This document shows positions 42,820 to 56,404 of a stretch of 63,977 bases of DNA, in pieces. How positions within the stretch are numbered: the stretch's first letter is position 1; the number at the start of each line of letters is the position of its first letter. The notes beneath the pieces were generated by a model, which saw only the letters and a list, made by a program, of their open reading frames with translations, did not search any database and was not told where the DNA came from. Source of the DNA: Bigelowiella natans CCMP2755 (Eukaryota > Protista > Cercozoa); contig ADNK01000118.1 in assembly GCA_000320545.1 (NCBI GenBank), positions 1-63,977 on the forward strand, given 5' to 3'. The translations under genes were made by a program, and so were the position numbers.

Positions 42820-43430
42820 TCCCACAGCGTTTTCACAGTGCATTTCCCTCGTGCGACGCACAATCGTTTTCGTTGGCGCTCGGCGATTTGTTTCAAGTTT
42901 CACTTTCATTCTCTCTTTTTTCAACTTGTGACGTTTTGGAAATGTGGCCCATCACTTCTTTCTTTCTTTCTTTCTTTCTTTGAACAGGATCCTCCACAAG
43001 CATTCCAAACACTCCATTCATGCATTCAAAGTCAATTCCAACATTGTCTTGTCGTTTGACTGCATTCAATGACACGCACGTGCTGCACGTGATGTTTGTT
43101 GGCGCGAGTGTGTGAAAATCAACAATTGCAGTGAATTGATGTGTGTGCGACTGATCGGTCATCCATCTTGCAAATCGTGCAACAATGAAACGTGCTTTCC
43201 TTTTGCGACGACGTGCCTGCCGTGACAACCAGAGCAGGTGAGCCCAAACGATGTGGGTCTGCAGGCTGATGCAATGATGTTGCTTCCACCATGTGCATGT
43301 TGGCCCAATCTAGCAATGTGTCATGTGTTTGATGTTTCGACATTTGCGTGCCTTGTCTGGTTTGAAAATTTCGCTTTCTGCATGCGCGAACATGCCTACA
43401 TTGCGAGCAAGAGGGCTGCGCTGTGACAAT
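42820..43430. other. TpA-depleted intergenic island
   Basis: One TA (in CTAG) in 42821-43395 by hand count. Confidence 0.9.
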
Positions 43431-43699
43431 TCATTGAAAAAGTTTACAAATTCAAGGACTTGATTAACTTGTAATTTTTGTGCAAACCACATCATCAGGG
43501 TATTTTACTACTTCACAGATTAATTGAAGCTGCCACGTTTTTAACTGTAGATGGCATCATTCAAAAACTAATAAAGGTCTTAGGGAAATAACAATTGCTA
43601 TAAAGAAGACATTGTAATCTTAGTTAATTTTATGGGCTATGGGAGTTGGGAACCATTTTCCTATCATATTCATTTTCAATCCCTTTCTTGTTATATCGT

Positions 43700-45325
43700 T
43701 CATTTACTTGGAGATGATGGTTTCGATGACACATCCTCTCGAAAAAATGGGTGAAAGAGCACCTCTTTTATTGTGTATCGCTTCATAGCCGGGCACAGCA
43801 TATAACTCAACACATCTATAGCATCTTTCGATATTTTTCCGATCTTCTCCTTTAGAGAAGTCTTGAGGACCTAATTGTGACACAGAGGTGCTCTCTCAAA
43901 GCTATGAAAACTATGATATACATCCCATGTTATTGCTACTTGGCGAAAATTACCTCATGAATTCCTTGGATAGATCCAGAGGCCAGCTTACTAAATCTTT
44001 TGTCCGTTGTCTCGGGTATTGTGTATGGAGGCTGACCCGTGAGGAGGATAAATAACATCACTCCCAAGGAGTATACATCAGCCTAAACATCGACAAAAGA
44101 GCAGACAGCTGGTGAGAATGAGAAGTTAGGCAATGGAAAAATATTTTATTGCTTACCGATTTCGGGCAATATTTTTCCTTTCTATAGATCTCAGGCGCCA
44201 TATACATTTCTTTTCCTGGCCGATAATCTGTGCCATCGAGGATAGATGAGGGTCCGTTGGCCCCAATTTGCCGCGCCATTCCAAAATCACCTGTGGTTTA
44301 CATTGATCAGTTCAAAGAACTTCACATTGCACTTGCTTGCTAAATCTCTGTTTTCGAAGCGAATCGAATTACATATTTTGGCGACGACGTTGTTCGTCCT
44401 AGGACATTGGCTGAGCAGGATATTCTCGAGGGATAGATCAAGGTGGGCAACGTGGTGCTGGTGCATATGTTGCACACCGCAAGCGATTTGGCGGAATACT
44501 GTTCTTACTGACTTCTCATCGCCGAATCCCTCACCCTGAGATAACGACAAGTTTTCAAAACATGCGTATAACCTCAAGGCAATTACACATCGCGGATGCG
44601 GAGAGGAGGAGACGACCTTCTTTATATGCCCGAAGAGTTCTCCCTCAGAAGCGTACTCAAGAACAGTCCAAAGCTCAAAATCATCGCTGACAACCCCGAG
44701 GAGCCTCAGCAGATTTTCATGGCATTCATCCTCGTTGTCGCACTTAAGAATCTTCATAACAGCGGCCTCCTGATGCGGATCTTCAGGCTACGATTAAATA
44801 AGTGTCAATGGAAACTGAAAACGTCAAACTAGCAAAAATTATACCGTCTCTGCCTGTCTTAGTTTGACTATATCTGTAATTTTAACTGCAACTTGAACTA
44901 GATCCTTCCTCCGAAGTCCTTTCTTCACCTTCCAATTTATCATAGTTGTATATAATTGAATATTTAGTGAAAATTTAAGTTTTCATACTTTCCCAAAAAG
45001 GGTGCTCTTGAGGATCTTCGAAAGCTGGAAGTCCCATTTGCTAGCTGGATTTTTCTCCTTTCGCTGCACTTTTGGCACCTTTTCATCCGTATTTAACTCT
45101 AGTAGTCTGTGTAACTTAAGTTTGTGTCCTGATGATGAGGGAAAAATTATGCCGTGCATTCATTCATGAACGAAATTCTTCACCAGTCTTCATTTTCGCC
45201 GACGAAGCGACAGAATCGAAGTTGAGCTTTAGGCTGTCTAGACTATCAATTTCGAGCTGCTCAAACGCCTCCAAATATGACCCTAAGCGGGCTGCCTCTA
45301 AAAAGTCCCTGAGTTCCGAACCCAT
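43700..45325 (-). CDS. Ser/Thr protein kinase (CAMK-like) with N-terminal SAM-like domain, multi-exon
   Basis: MGSELRDFLEAARLGSYLEAFEQLEIDSL (SAM-like); STLFGKV, VAVK, EYASEGELF, HLDLSLENILL, ICDFG (split by an intron), YMAPE, DVYSLGVMLF, RYTIKEVLFHPFF. Confidence 0.9.
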
Positions 45326-46135
45326 TATGTGTTCCCACACGCCCCTGCTTCCTCTACCGGTAGGTCTTTGGCACTACCTCGTCGAATGTTCTCCGTTAAG
45401 TCTCAAATTGGGCACTAAGATTCGTACACATGCTAGAAATTCATCGCTATATTTCCATGCGACATCAGTATATTTGTCAAATAGTTAGCTGGCATCTCTG
45501 GCTCATTCGCTGATCCCCAGTCGTCGCTCCCCAAATTTGAACACATCTTCGTCGTAGTGCACGAACCTTCGGCCAATTTCCCTGCTGATCGTCGCGAGAT
45601 TGTTCATAGAAAATTCTTTTACGGGGATCCCCGGATCTTCCTGATATGAGCCTTCGATTTTCGCCGAGTCGATCTCCAAGAAGACTTCGGGGCGAGTACA
45701 AATCTTGGAAATTTTTTGTGCTTACTACATCTGAATTTCCGGTTCGCATTCCCAGCAGTATTGCGGCCATATTTTTTCTTGGATCGACTCTGCATTAAAA
45801 GGAATATGCAAATCTACTTTTAGGTTTTCTCGGTTTAATAATTCTCCTGTTTCAAAGGAGCCGAGTGGTGTCCAGACCTTTGTCCTTCTATCGGAAACAT
45901 CTCAAAAAGACCGTTTCAACGAAATTCGGAATTCTTAGCCAAAAGTGTAAATAATTGTACTACATTTTCACCTTAGTCAACTTCCTCGATTTGACAACTA
46001 TCTCTGAAATCGGGACTGGTCTCCCCCCGTACTACTGTGGAACCGTACCGACCCCCCCTTGGCACTGAATGGTTCTTGGATGCTGACAGATTCATAATCA
46101 TAAATTCCTCCTAGAGAGGGGGGAAGTACTGGACA

Positions 46136-46938
46136 ATGACCATCACCCTGCCAGACGGCAACGACCGAGCTATCTCCGTGGTCGCAGCAAGACGCGCGAT
46201 ACGTGCTTCATGTGCAACATTGATACTCCTCGTTACACCGTTCGTCCTCTTTCCTATCTCCGGGAAAAAAGACCCCCATCGAAATATGAAATTACGGGGT
46301 ACATCAGACCATCAAGCCTGTTTATCTTCGTTCCATTCGCAAGTACCACGCCGCAGGCGGATGCTATATCCTTCTGGAACACACGCGCGGTGGAGCGATG
46401 ATCGGGGGTATCCTTTTCGTTTTGGATCTCCTGGGCTGCAGCAATTTAATACTGAAGTCTGTTTCGAGAGATTATCAGATCTTCAGACTGCACGCGATCG
46501 TCATCGCCACCACCAACTAGTACGGTGCTCAACGCTCGGTCCCAGCGATGAAGAAAGGCACAAAGTTGAGCAGCAGCTGAAGGAAGAGAATGGAGTGAAC
46601 AACGAATTTGCTGGTGATGAGGAGTCGAATGTTGGTAGTAGGCAGATATTCTCAGAAAACAGCACTAGATGTAGCCAATCTTCTGCTACAGCCGAACATC
46701 GTTCCCCACGCCATCGTGCATTATCATTGTCACCTCCATCGGCTAGCAGGGGTGGGCTGCGACTATTCAACTCTCGAGTCGGCAGATGTGGAAACTCAGA
46801 GGCCGTTGACTCATTGCTGGGACAAATGCCTCATCTTAATCTTCGCCCGTCCATTGTCACGTACACAAAGATCATCTCCGCCTACACGAAACTCGGTCAG
46901 TGGCGCCGAGCGCTACACTACTGGTGGAAGGTAATGTG

Positions 46939-46975
<37 letters not shown>

Positions 46976-47347
46976 CGCGCGCGCAATATAGGCAGTGTTC
47001 TTAGATTCGTAAAATTGTTAAAAAGTGTATTCAAAGATTGAACGTTGCTGGTTTTACACGAAGGTGCGGCACGAAGCTATCCCCTTTACGACTGGAAGAA
47101 AAGAAGTAGGAACTAGCGGCGACTCAGAATCACTGTTGGGCAAGGAAAAGGCGTGGATGAGTGAGAGGCCTGCTTCCTTAGAAGCAAATACAACTCCAAA
47201 GTTGAAGAGAGAAAAACAGAAGTACTGGGGGCGGTTTCCTGGTGGGAGTCTACGAATTGATGTACAGGCATGCAATGCCGCAATGAAAGCCTATGCGACG
47301 GGCGCTGGATGGTTTGCGGTAATAGCTATAATTGTGATATTTATGCT

Positions 47348-47396
<49 letters not shown>

Positions 47397-49222
47397 AATG
47401 CCTAAGGATCTCTTATTTTACTCTTTTCTGCTTCTCTCCATTTCTTCCCTCCGTGTGTGCGTTTTGTGTGTGTGCTTTGTTTACCAAAGGCATTTTCTCT
47501 CGCTCGAGACATGCGTGAGGCGTCAATTCGGCCCAACGTGTACGTATATACCACACTGGCGACGATCGCAGAGCGCGCTGGCCGTTGGAGTTTGGCGTTG
47601 CAGGTTGTCCATTTATCACCCAACAGTCCCAAGATTGGATGCTGATCTTGCCCTTATATCCCACCCCTTCCTCTGTCCCGATACTAATACGACTTGCACC
47701 CCCCCCCCCCAACGGCCAGCCCCCCCATTCCGGTTACCTTCCCCTTAATTTTCAACAGCTGTGCAAGGAGGCGGAGAGCGAGAATATCCACCAGACCGTG
47801 CAGATGTTCGCGGCTGCCCAGCAGGCGCGTGTGTCAGGGAAGCTCTGGCGGCAAGCGCTCGATGTCGACACAGAATTGAAACGCAACAGCATGCAACAGC
47901 ATGGCGACGACAGTGTTCATGAGAAGGATGAGTGTACGACGTCCAATAGTAAGATTCACAGCCGGAAACGCCCCCCGCACCTCCGGCCTAACACAGTGAC
48001 TACAGGGATATATCTCAGCGCGTGTGCTGTCGGGGCGCAGTGGCAGAGGGCGCTCAGTGAATTCGAGCAGTTGGCTAAGCTTACCGAACACAACAGTAAC
48101 AAAAGTAGTAGCAACTATAGTAACGAAGCTGGAAGATCGTCGTCTCCTTCTAGGTCATCATCACCTTCTTCGTCCCCTTCTTCCTCAAAGCCACTATTCT
48201 TCAATTCTCACATCGCATCCAAAGTTATTGAGGCGATGGGGCGGGGGAAGCAGCCTGACAAGGCGATTGAAGTCTTCCGGCGTTTAGAGGATGCAAAGCT
48301 GCTCAGGCCCAACCTCTTTGTCGTCAACTCCGCGATCCAGGTGATCGCGGTTGTGTTTTTACCGGAGGAGAAGGGAGAAGTCTTTGCCTGCTTGTTGGCA
48401 GTGGGTTGCCATGACAGTGGCTTGTGGACTGCTAATTGATGTATACTTTCGTCTTTTTATGATACGATACATTTTGTTGTTTAATGCATATCATACCTTT
48501 CCCTTCTCCTCCTCCTCCTCCTCCTCCTCCTCCTCCTCCTCCATCCAGGCGCTGGGGTCAAACCACCATTGGGAATCCGCACTTTCGCTCTACTCTGATA
48601 CTCAGAAACCTTCCTCTCAAATTCGTGTCGATGCGGTTACCATCAGCACCCTCCTCCACTCCCTCGCCGAGGTCGCGAAGTCGAGGGAGAGGCGGCGGCG
48701 TCTAAACACGGGCCCCGACGAGGAAGGAGGGGAAGCATCAGAAATTAGTAGTAGAGAGGATGGCAGGAAAGGTGCAGGTCGTCGGCATGCATGGGAGATA
48801 GGACTCGAAATCTACAGGTAATGAATGGTGGTGGTGGTTGCCGTCATCCATGTGAGAGATAGGTAGCAGCAGCAGCAGCAGCAGCATTGACTCGAATGAG
48901 GCTACAGCTGACCTTGAGTAGTCCGATGTATAATTATTATTACTAGTAGTAGAAGTAGTAGGTGTAGTAGTGGTAGTTGGTGGTGGTGGAGGTAATTTGT
49001 GTTGATTTTTGCTGGTGTTGGGGTGTATGGCTTTGTTGTAGGACTGCCTTGGATTCTGGAGTAACAATGAATGAACGATGCCTTGGCGCTGCTATTAGAA
49101 TGTAAGTGTTCCTTGTCGTCGTATTCTGTCTAGCCCATTTGATAATAATGGAGAAGATGGTGACAGTGAGTGTACATCGGTATCAGGGGAATAAGTTTTC
49201 GAGAAAAGAGAACACCTTCATC

Positions 49223-49264
<42 letters not shown>

Positions 49265-49497
49265 TATCATTCAATACACCCGTGAGCAGGCAGGAGATTG
49301 CCAAGAGCTGGACGAGGGCTGTAGAGATTCTTCAAGAGTCTCAGCGATCCGGTTATAGGCCTGGAGTGCACGCCCATACAGCAGCAATATCTGCATGCTC
49401 AGAAGCGGCAGAATGGAGGGAAGCTCTCAACATCATACAACGAATGCTAAAAGTAATAGTTGCTTTATAAGAGAGACATGTGCATATTGTACACACA

Positions 49498-49542
<45 letters not shown>

Positions 49543-49833
49543 CACGTCTTACATATTCTCCACTGGTATAATGATGCTGTTTACCTATTCGTATTGCTCT
49601 TCGTTTTCATCCTAGTCAGTCCATGCTAATATCCTATACCTGACAGCACTCAATAGCTCCTTCAATCCGAACGATAACAGCCGCTGTTAGTGCATGCCAG
49701 CGTGCAAAGAATTGGTACAGCTGTTACAGTGTAGAGAAGTTGTAATAGTTGAAAACAACAAGAAAAGACGAATAAGCACACTACAGTATTGATACCAAAT
49801 ACCTAAGAACCAGTGCGGTGCTTCTTACTCTCT

Positions 49834-49875
<42 letters not shown>

Positions 49876-50830
49876 AGGCAAAGAGCTCTGGGACTACTTA
49901 CAATTCCCAAAGCGATGGTGTGTGTTCTCTCTGATTTATCTTCTTTTCATTCTTCCTTACCACCCCTTTCTCTCTTATTCACAAACTCGTCGAACGTCTA
50001 CACGCTCACACATACACACATACACACACACAACACATATTCCTCTCACAGCACTTACGGTGGGATTCTCAAATGTACGACACCGTGATTGCCACGTACG
50101 CTTCGAGCAAGAAGTAAGTAACGAAGGGAGAGGCAACAACAGTGCATAATAAGTAGCTCCCCGACCAGTTGATACGATAGAAGTGATAGTAGTAGTGGTA
50201 GTAGTTGTTGTTGTTATGGAGGTCAAAAGTGATACGGTATGGACTTGTTGATTGATCGCATCTTGGCTTATGAATCAGGTGGGAGACGGCCCTCAGGCTC
50301 TTTGAATCATTGCCGGAAAAGAAGCTGGAACCTAAAATCGTGACATACAACGCTGCTCTCTATGCGTGCAAGCGAGGATTCAAGGTGATTATTCCGATTT
50401 TGATTAAGCGTGGAATAGAGGAGCATCTTTTCCGCTAGCGCTTTGTACATTTCATGGAAAGTTGTGAGATCTAATTCAATCTCATTCCTTATGGTTTTGC
50501 TTCTGACTCAACAGTGGGAGGCAGCTCTGGTGATCTTACAAAAAGCCTATGACAACAACGTAATTGTCTTCGCTTTTCCTACTGCTTGTTACACCTTTGA
50601 GAGATAACGACAAGTGCAGGACAACCTCATTCCTCCTTGATTTTATGTCACATATGCATGTATATTTTCACCTCTGGATGTATCTAAATCCGCAATCGAT
50701 TGGCTAACATTCGTGGTCTTCCAAATCTGTATTTAGTTGACGATCAATGCGGCCACCCGGCGCCAGATGGAAGGGATTTACCAACAAATGGAGATTCCTG
50801 GAAACAACGCCACCAACAGTAGTAGTAGTC

Positions 50831-50863
<33 letters not shown>

Positions 50864-50938
50864 ATAGTAGTAGTAGTTATAGCAGTAATAGAATGTTATC
50901 ATTATAGATGGGCGCGTGCTTATGTCGAACCTGCATAG
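46136..50938 (+). CDS. Pentatricopeptide-repeat (PPR) protein, probably organelle-targeted, multi-exon; 3' end approximate
   Basis: Hydrophobic leader. PPR units RPSIVTYTKIISAYTKLGQWRRAL, RPNVYVYTTLATIAERAGRWSLAL, RPNTVTTGIYLSACAVGAQWQRAL, RPGVHAHTAAISACSEAAEWREAL, EPKIVTYNAALYACKRG. Confidence 0.9.
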
Positions 50939-51149
50939 GCACATGCACATGAAATACAGAAATATGCGTGAGCATAATCAGAGAAAAGCACATCATACCT
51001 CACATCACGGAAGTAAGGAATTTCATGCGTCTCTGACAAGTACGGGAGGAGGCAACTAACTGTTATATTGTTTCCGGTCAAATTACCCAAATTGCATTTC
51101 ACCACACATGTACGTACCAAGGAAGCACACATGCACTAAAAAAGGCACA

Positions 51150-52230
51150 CATGTACCGCAAAAAGCACTTGCTAGCTTGCGTTCATGTGCCACAGTGCAG
51201 AGGAAAGGCAGTGCGTGACACGCAAGTGCCAAAATCAATTTTGCCCTTTTGGTGCCTTGTGCATTCGCACACATGTGATGGCTTGCCTAACTGTCACAAA
51301 TCCACATGTGTCCACATTTGGCACACACGTGCTTGGAATGTGACTCACGTGCTAGCTAGCTAGCGTGTCCCATGGAATGCAAAAATGTGATGAAGTGATC
51401 AAATCGTTTCAATGGTCATCCTGATCGATCATGATGTGGCCATGCCAGCATGCAAAAAAGTGCCCACAGCGCTAGATTGGCGTTGTGCAAAGACGCGTGC
51501 TTGTCACCATGCCAGCATGGACACAGTGCGCATGCGCGTGTGATGTGTGCAATGCCAGAATGTGCAACAGATGCGTGTGTCCATTGTTGTCTGAGCTAGT
51601 GAGACCAAAATGCGCAACGCCAGCAAAACGCCCAGCCTTGAGCAAATTGAGGAGTCATTGTGTGTTTCTGATCACATCGTGACAACACGTGCACGATGGA
51701 CATGCCAGCATGGTGCATGATGTTGCGCATGTGGCACACATCGTGTTGCATTGTCCGCCACACTAGACTAGACTAGTACATGCTAGCACAACGTGCAAGT
51801 GTGCAATGATGGACGCAGTGACATTGCACGTGTCGTGTGCACACTGCACGTGTCACATTGCGTTGTCTGTGACAGTGACACACACACGTGAACACGAACG
51901 AGACGCGCGTCAACAGGTACAGAGCAACAACAGGCCAAGTGCGTCGCAGGCCGGCTAGCCGGCAGCATGCAGCGCGCAGCATGCGGTGGCTTGCAGTGTG
52001 ATCTGATGATTGTCAGCCGCCGCCGCAGCTGTCACTGTGTCCATGGTTGTTCATCTGCGATGGTGAGCAGTCTTTCACTTGTTGCGTTCCTTTGCAGGTG
52101 TGCCTTTGATTTGTCCAGCGTTCTGGGCATTGTCCATGCATGTGTGCGGTTCAGGATCTAGCATGACTCGACAAACATTCACACTTTTTTGTTCTTGCTT
52201 TTTGTCATGAGATGTTGTGGTCACTGTTCT
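51150..52230. other. TpA-depleted, CTAG-retaining intergenic island
   Basis: 14 TA in 51181-52200, 11 of them in CTAG, by hand count. Confidence 0.9.
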
Positions 52231-52299
52231 CTTTCCGTGTAAAAATGTAGTTAAGAAATGTGGCACGGGACATCGATCTATTTTCCGTATGATTTTGGT

Positions 52300-54130
52300 A
52301 AATTAATCTTAGATATATTGCGGCAAAGATCAACAGTTATGATTTCCAATGACTCACACATAAATTTGTTCTTTCCGCTCGGCACTTTCTGGAACTATGG
52401 GCTCGACTTGGTCAGGGGCGTGCGCTTTCGCGATTCAGACCTCCATCACCTATCTCTCGCAGACAGGGGCTTTGGGGAAGACCAATAAAGAGGTGGCGGT
52501 AGTGTTATTATTGTTAGAACACAAGGGTGTTGATGGGGGAGATTATTTTGCAAGGAATTAGAGGCAAGGAGAAAAACTACATGAAAAAGAAGTGGTGGGG
52601 TACCATACTATTCGGTTTCGCCTTGACTTCTATGCTGCCCTTATGGTTTACTTCTGAACAAACTGTCCTTAGGTCAGCGAAAAGTATAATTCTCTTGTGA
52701 CGCCAGCCGGATATGCTTTCGCTATTTGGGGTCAAGAAAACCTGAAGTGCATTATCTTCGAATTGCATTGCATCGGTATCTATCTGCACAAATGATCAGA
52801 CAGGCACTTTCTTTATGCAGGTGTGATATTTAGCTGGGAAGGTGTGATGGTCGTTCGGCAACTTTTAAAGTAAAAAGACTTTCCCACCAAATTTGAGGCC
52901 CATTGCACGTGCGATTTGTTCAGCCGATACACTCTTGTTCTACCGGTACATAGACCCACTGTTAACCCAAGCTTCCAACTTTGTTGGATATCTGCCAACG
53001 TCTTTCAAAGCCTCTGGTCGTTCGCGTTTGCTCAGGTCAGCATCAGTGATTCTTTCATTTTCTCACCCCTCCTCCGGAGTTACTAATACATCGTTGTTCT
53101 TCCCTTATCGAAGGAGTCTATGATATCGTCTTCTGTCTTATTGTCGGGAATTGCAGCCTCACTGTATGGATGCGTTGCACATGCTGAGGACCAATCGGTA
53201 ATGCGATCCCTAATTCAACTCATATTCGCACAAGTTGTCTTCATGAAAGTATTTATTTGCCAGCAAACAGACTGCAGTTGATAATCCTTATCCCATTTTT
53301 CACCTTCTCTTATCCCTGTTCTTCTTGTCCTCCACGTCCTCCTTCTCGTCCCTGTGTGTTAGTTTGGTTGGGTGCGTGGACCAATTTCACTTCATGCAGG
53401 TTACGAAACAGCTTATGCTATTGCGCAGCTCTTTTTCTTGAGCAGCCGCTAGATTCCTTCATGACATGAGCCTTTCATCTATCCACCTGTTCTTGCTGAC
53501 GCCTGCCTTCGATCAGGATGGGTGACTGTAGCTGCGCTCCTAAACTACAACCTTTGTCTTGTCAAGTTCGAAGAAAGAATGAGCACGCAGGTGGTTATGA
53601 CCTACATCAACGAAGTAGTAAAATAGTAGCAGAAATAGTAGATCTATTCATTGTCCATCAATTGATGTCTTTCCACTTCCTTCTCTTCGCCCCGTGTGGC
53701 AGCTTCAATCTGCTTTACAACTGAGAAATAATCGTATCTTTTGGCAGTGGGTAGCAGCGAAGTTGACAATAGCTGTTGCGACCGTCGCAGCATTGGGAAT
53801 GCTGTGGTTCAAAAAGTAAGTGGCAGCTGTCCGGTGTAAAGTGTTAAGAATATACAAGATTATGATAAAAGATGATGATATCTTTCAGGGACGTAATGTT
53901 TGCTAGTTCAATCGCCTGGGCTCTTGCGGTATGTATTTATACAATATGTGCAGTCATTTTGTAAGAAGTTCCAGAATGACATCGATTTCCATGTGGGTAT
54001 TTTCTCATAAGAATGCACTTCGTCCTTAGGCTGTGAAAGATGCTAGCTGGCCTGCTGGCATTGTTGGTGCAGGAATTGCAGCTGCGCTGGCATCGGACCT
54101 GTCAGACCTGGTGGTCAAAAAGTGAAGACA
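52300..54130 (-). CDS. Probable multi-exon gene of unknown function
   Basis: Coding-like segments such as VKQIEAATRGEEKEVERHQLMDNE, EAAIPDNKTEDDIIDSFDKG and QIDTDAMQFEDNALQV, with splice-like boundaries. No family recognised and no full model built. Confidence 0.3.
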
Positions 54131-54847
54131 TACTTCATAATATCCGAATAAGATTAGACATCTACAAAAAGCTGTTAGTACATATAAGATTAGACATCTA
54201 TAAGATTATCAAAAGAGATAACACATTGACAACTGACAAGACCTTTCAGCTTTGCCGGTGCATGCTGCATGTATGTGTGTGTGCGCGCGCGCGCGTGCAC
54301 GTGTACAAATGCGTGTGTTTAAATTGTCCAATTTCTGATTGCACGCACGCTCTAGTCGACACAGCATATGGCTGTGGCTCGCTGCTTATAACGCATGACG
54401 ATGTTATCGCATCCAGTTTGTCCCACAGCGCAACATCAAGATTGAGGTATGGACATGAATACACTTAATTAAAAGTATAAAAGTCATCTTGTCTCGTCTC
54501 CTCGCGTGGATAATCCAGAACTACGCAATCGTGTATATGCTTAAATAAATGTATCATGTATCATTTATGACACACTTTTCACGGAGTATTTTCAGTCCTA
54601 GCATCAGCCAGCTGACGTGCATTTCATATATTGATTAAATAACATCGTTCGGCTGCCTGCTAACACATGCTAGCATGGCTGTGATCGAATTTTGGCAGCG
54701 CAGCGTTACTACATTCATCATCAACAATAGCTACCTACAACCGACTGTTTTATCATGTTTTGACAGTTAGCGACATGACTTATCTAATTCATGTGTATAC
54801 TTATGTAAAATTAGTCTACTGGCTTCATTAAAATCTATACCCAACAT

Positions 54848-56106
54848 TCATTTCTCGGTTATCTTTCCTCTTTCTGAAGACCACCCTAAACTTCCATGAG
54901 AAGAATCGTCCGCCAAGACGATCAGCTCGTGCCCGAGGTCCTTGCTCTTCTTTGCAACCAGACCTTTCCACTTAGGATTGTAATGCGGGAACACGGACAT
55001 TCCAGAGGCGATATTCAATCCCTTCGACACCTTTTCATCCTAATCCAATGAATTGCAGATGTTACGACCACCCCCCCGGATTTTTGATAATGGGATAGAG
55101 ACGGCAACAAAAATCCATGTTGAGATGTTCCATGTACTTTCATACGTATGCATAATGAAAGATTATCACAACTGATCATGCGTTTACTCTGTACGCTTCT
55201 ACACCTTAAAATTAGCTGGTACCACCGTAGGATCATCCCAACCTGACAGTTTGATATTATTTAGCGGGAGGACGCTCTGTTTCGTAACGCAAGCCATGAT
55301 GGCCTATACTGTATCTCTTCCTTTCGATCAACAATAGCTATGCATAATGCATAAAATGCGCACAGGAGAAGATGTTTACGTATTTTTCTCTATAAAGTAC
55401 TAAATTCTTATGTTTCCCACCTTTCCACAAAGCGATCTGGACCGTTTTCCCTGCATATATACTTCCTGCAGATGCACCCACGTACACCGACCCTTGCTTC
55501 ATCAGTTGAGCGACATATTCATCGACTCCGCATCGATTTGCATAGTATTGTAGGTAGAAAGTGTTGCCACACTCCATGTAGATCATCTGCACGTCCGCTG
55601 TCTTCAAACCATATACGACGCGTCGTCACCATCGTCTTTATTATCAATCGTTCTGCGTTTACAATAGCACCTTTGGTAAATCAGCTGATACGCTGAAGGA
55701 ACTATTCGTCAAGTCAGGAACAATACAGTCTTTGAAGCCGAGCTTTTCTGCGAGGCGTTCTCCGTTAGCCTTGCACTGGTCCATGCTCCAACCCTTATAA
55801 GTGGAAATCCAGAGTTTGTGAATAATATTTATACATAAAATAACGAATTTTTCTTTGGTCTACTGTGCTTAGATAGACCCGTTACCTCTCCCTGTGCCGC
55901 GGTCGCCACATAAACCTACGTGAGAAGGGTGTAAGACCGAGCGAAAATGATGAGCCGTCGTTTGTCTAGGCTACCATGGTTCCCTCCCCACCCTTCTTCT
56001 CAGGGTAAGCAGCACGCATGAGACGCTGGAATTCTTCCAGTAGTGTCTGGCTGGTGAGGCCATTGGACGTAAGGATGATGCGCCCAGGGCCTGCCTGGGA
56101 GCTCAT
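54848..56106 (-). CDS. Peptidase S51 (dipeptidase E-like, class I glutamine amidotransferase fold), multi-exon
   Basis: MSSQAGPGRIILTSNGL, YVATAA, IYMECGNTFYL, YVGASAGSIYAG (nucleophile Ser), GWDDP, KGLNIASGMSVFPHY. Confidence 0.88.
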
Positions 56107-56404
56107 CGTGTAATTCCTTCTGATCGATCTCGGCGAGCTATGTCAGGTCTCGTTGTCGCTCGGGAAGATTTTATTAGGAGAACATCGCGTCCTGGAACAT
56201 ATTGGAACAATAGCTGGGATTTGGTTGTGAGATATCTATGGAGAAAATATGTTCATCGTTAAACGAATAAACATCGTATAAAAATAGCCCAATCGTTATT
56301 CTGCCCAGGTTGGCAATACGGGAATCTCGGAAGTGCTTGCGCCCAACTGTTTGAGTGCGGTACAGCTCGTACTCGTAGCAGAACGAGCTCCCGGGCAGGG
56401 CTTT

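Noticed and set aside
54148-54200. 17-bp direct repeat ATAAGATTAGACATCTA as a CRISPR-like or TSD feature
   Set aside because: Only two copies in a eukaryotic context; a simple local duplication.
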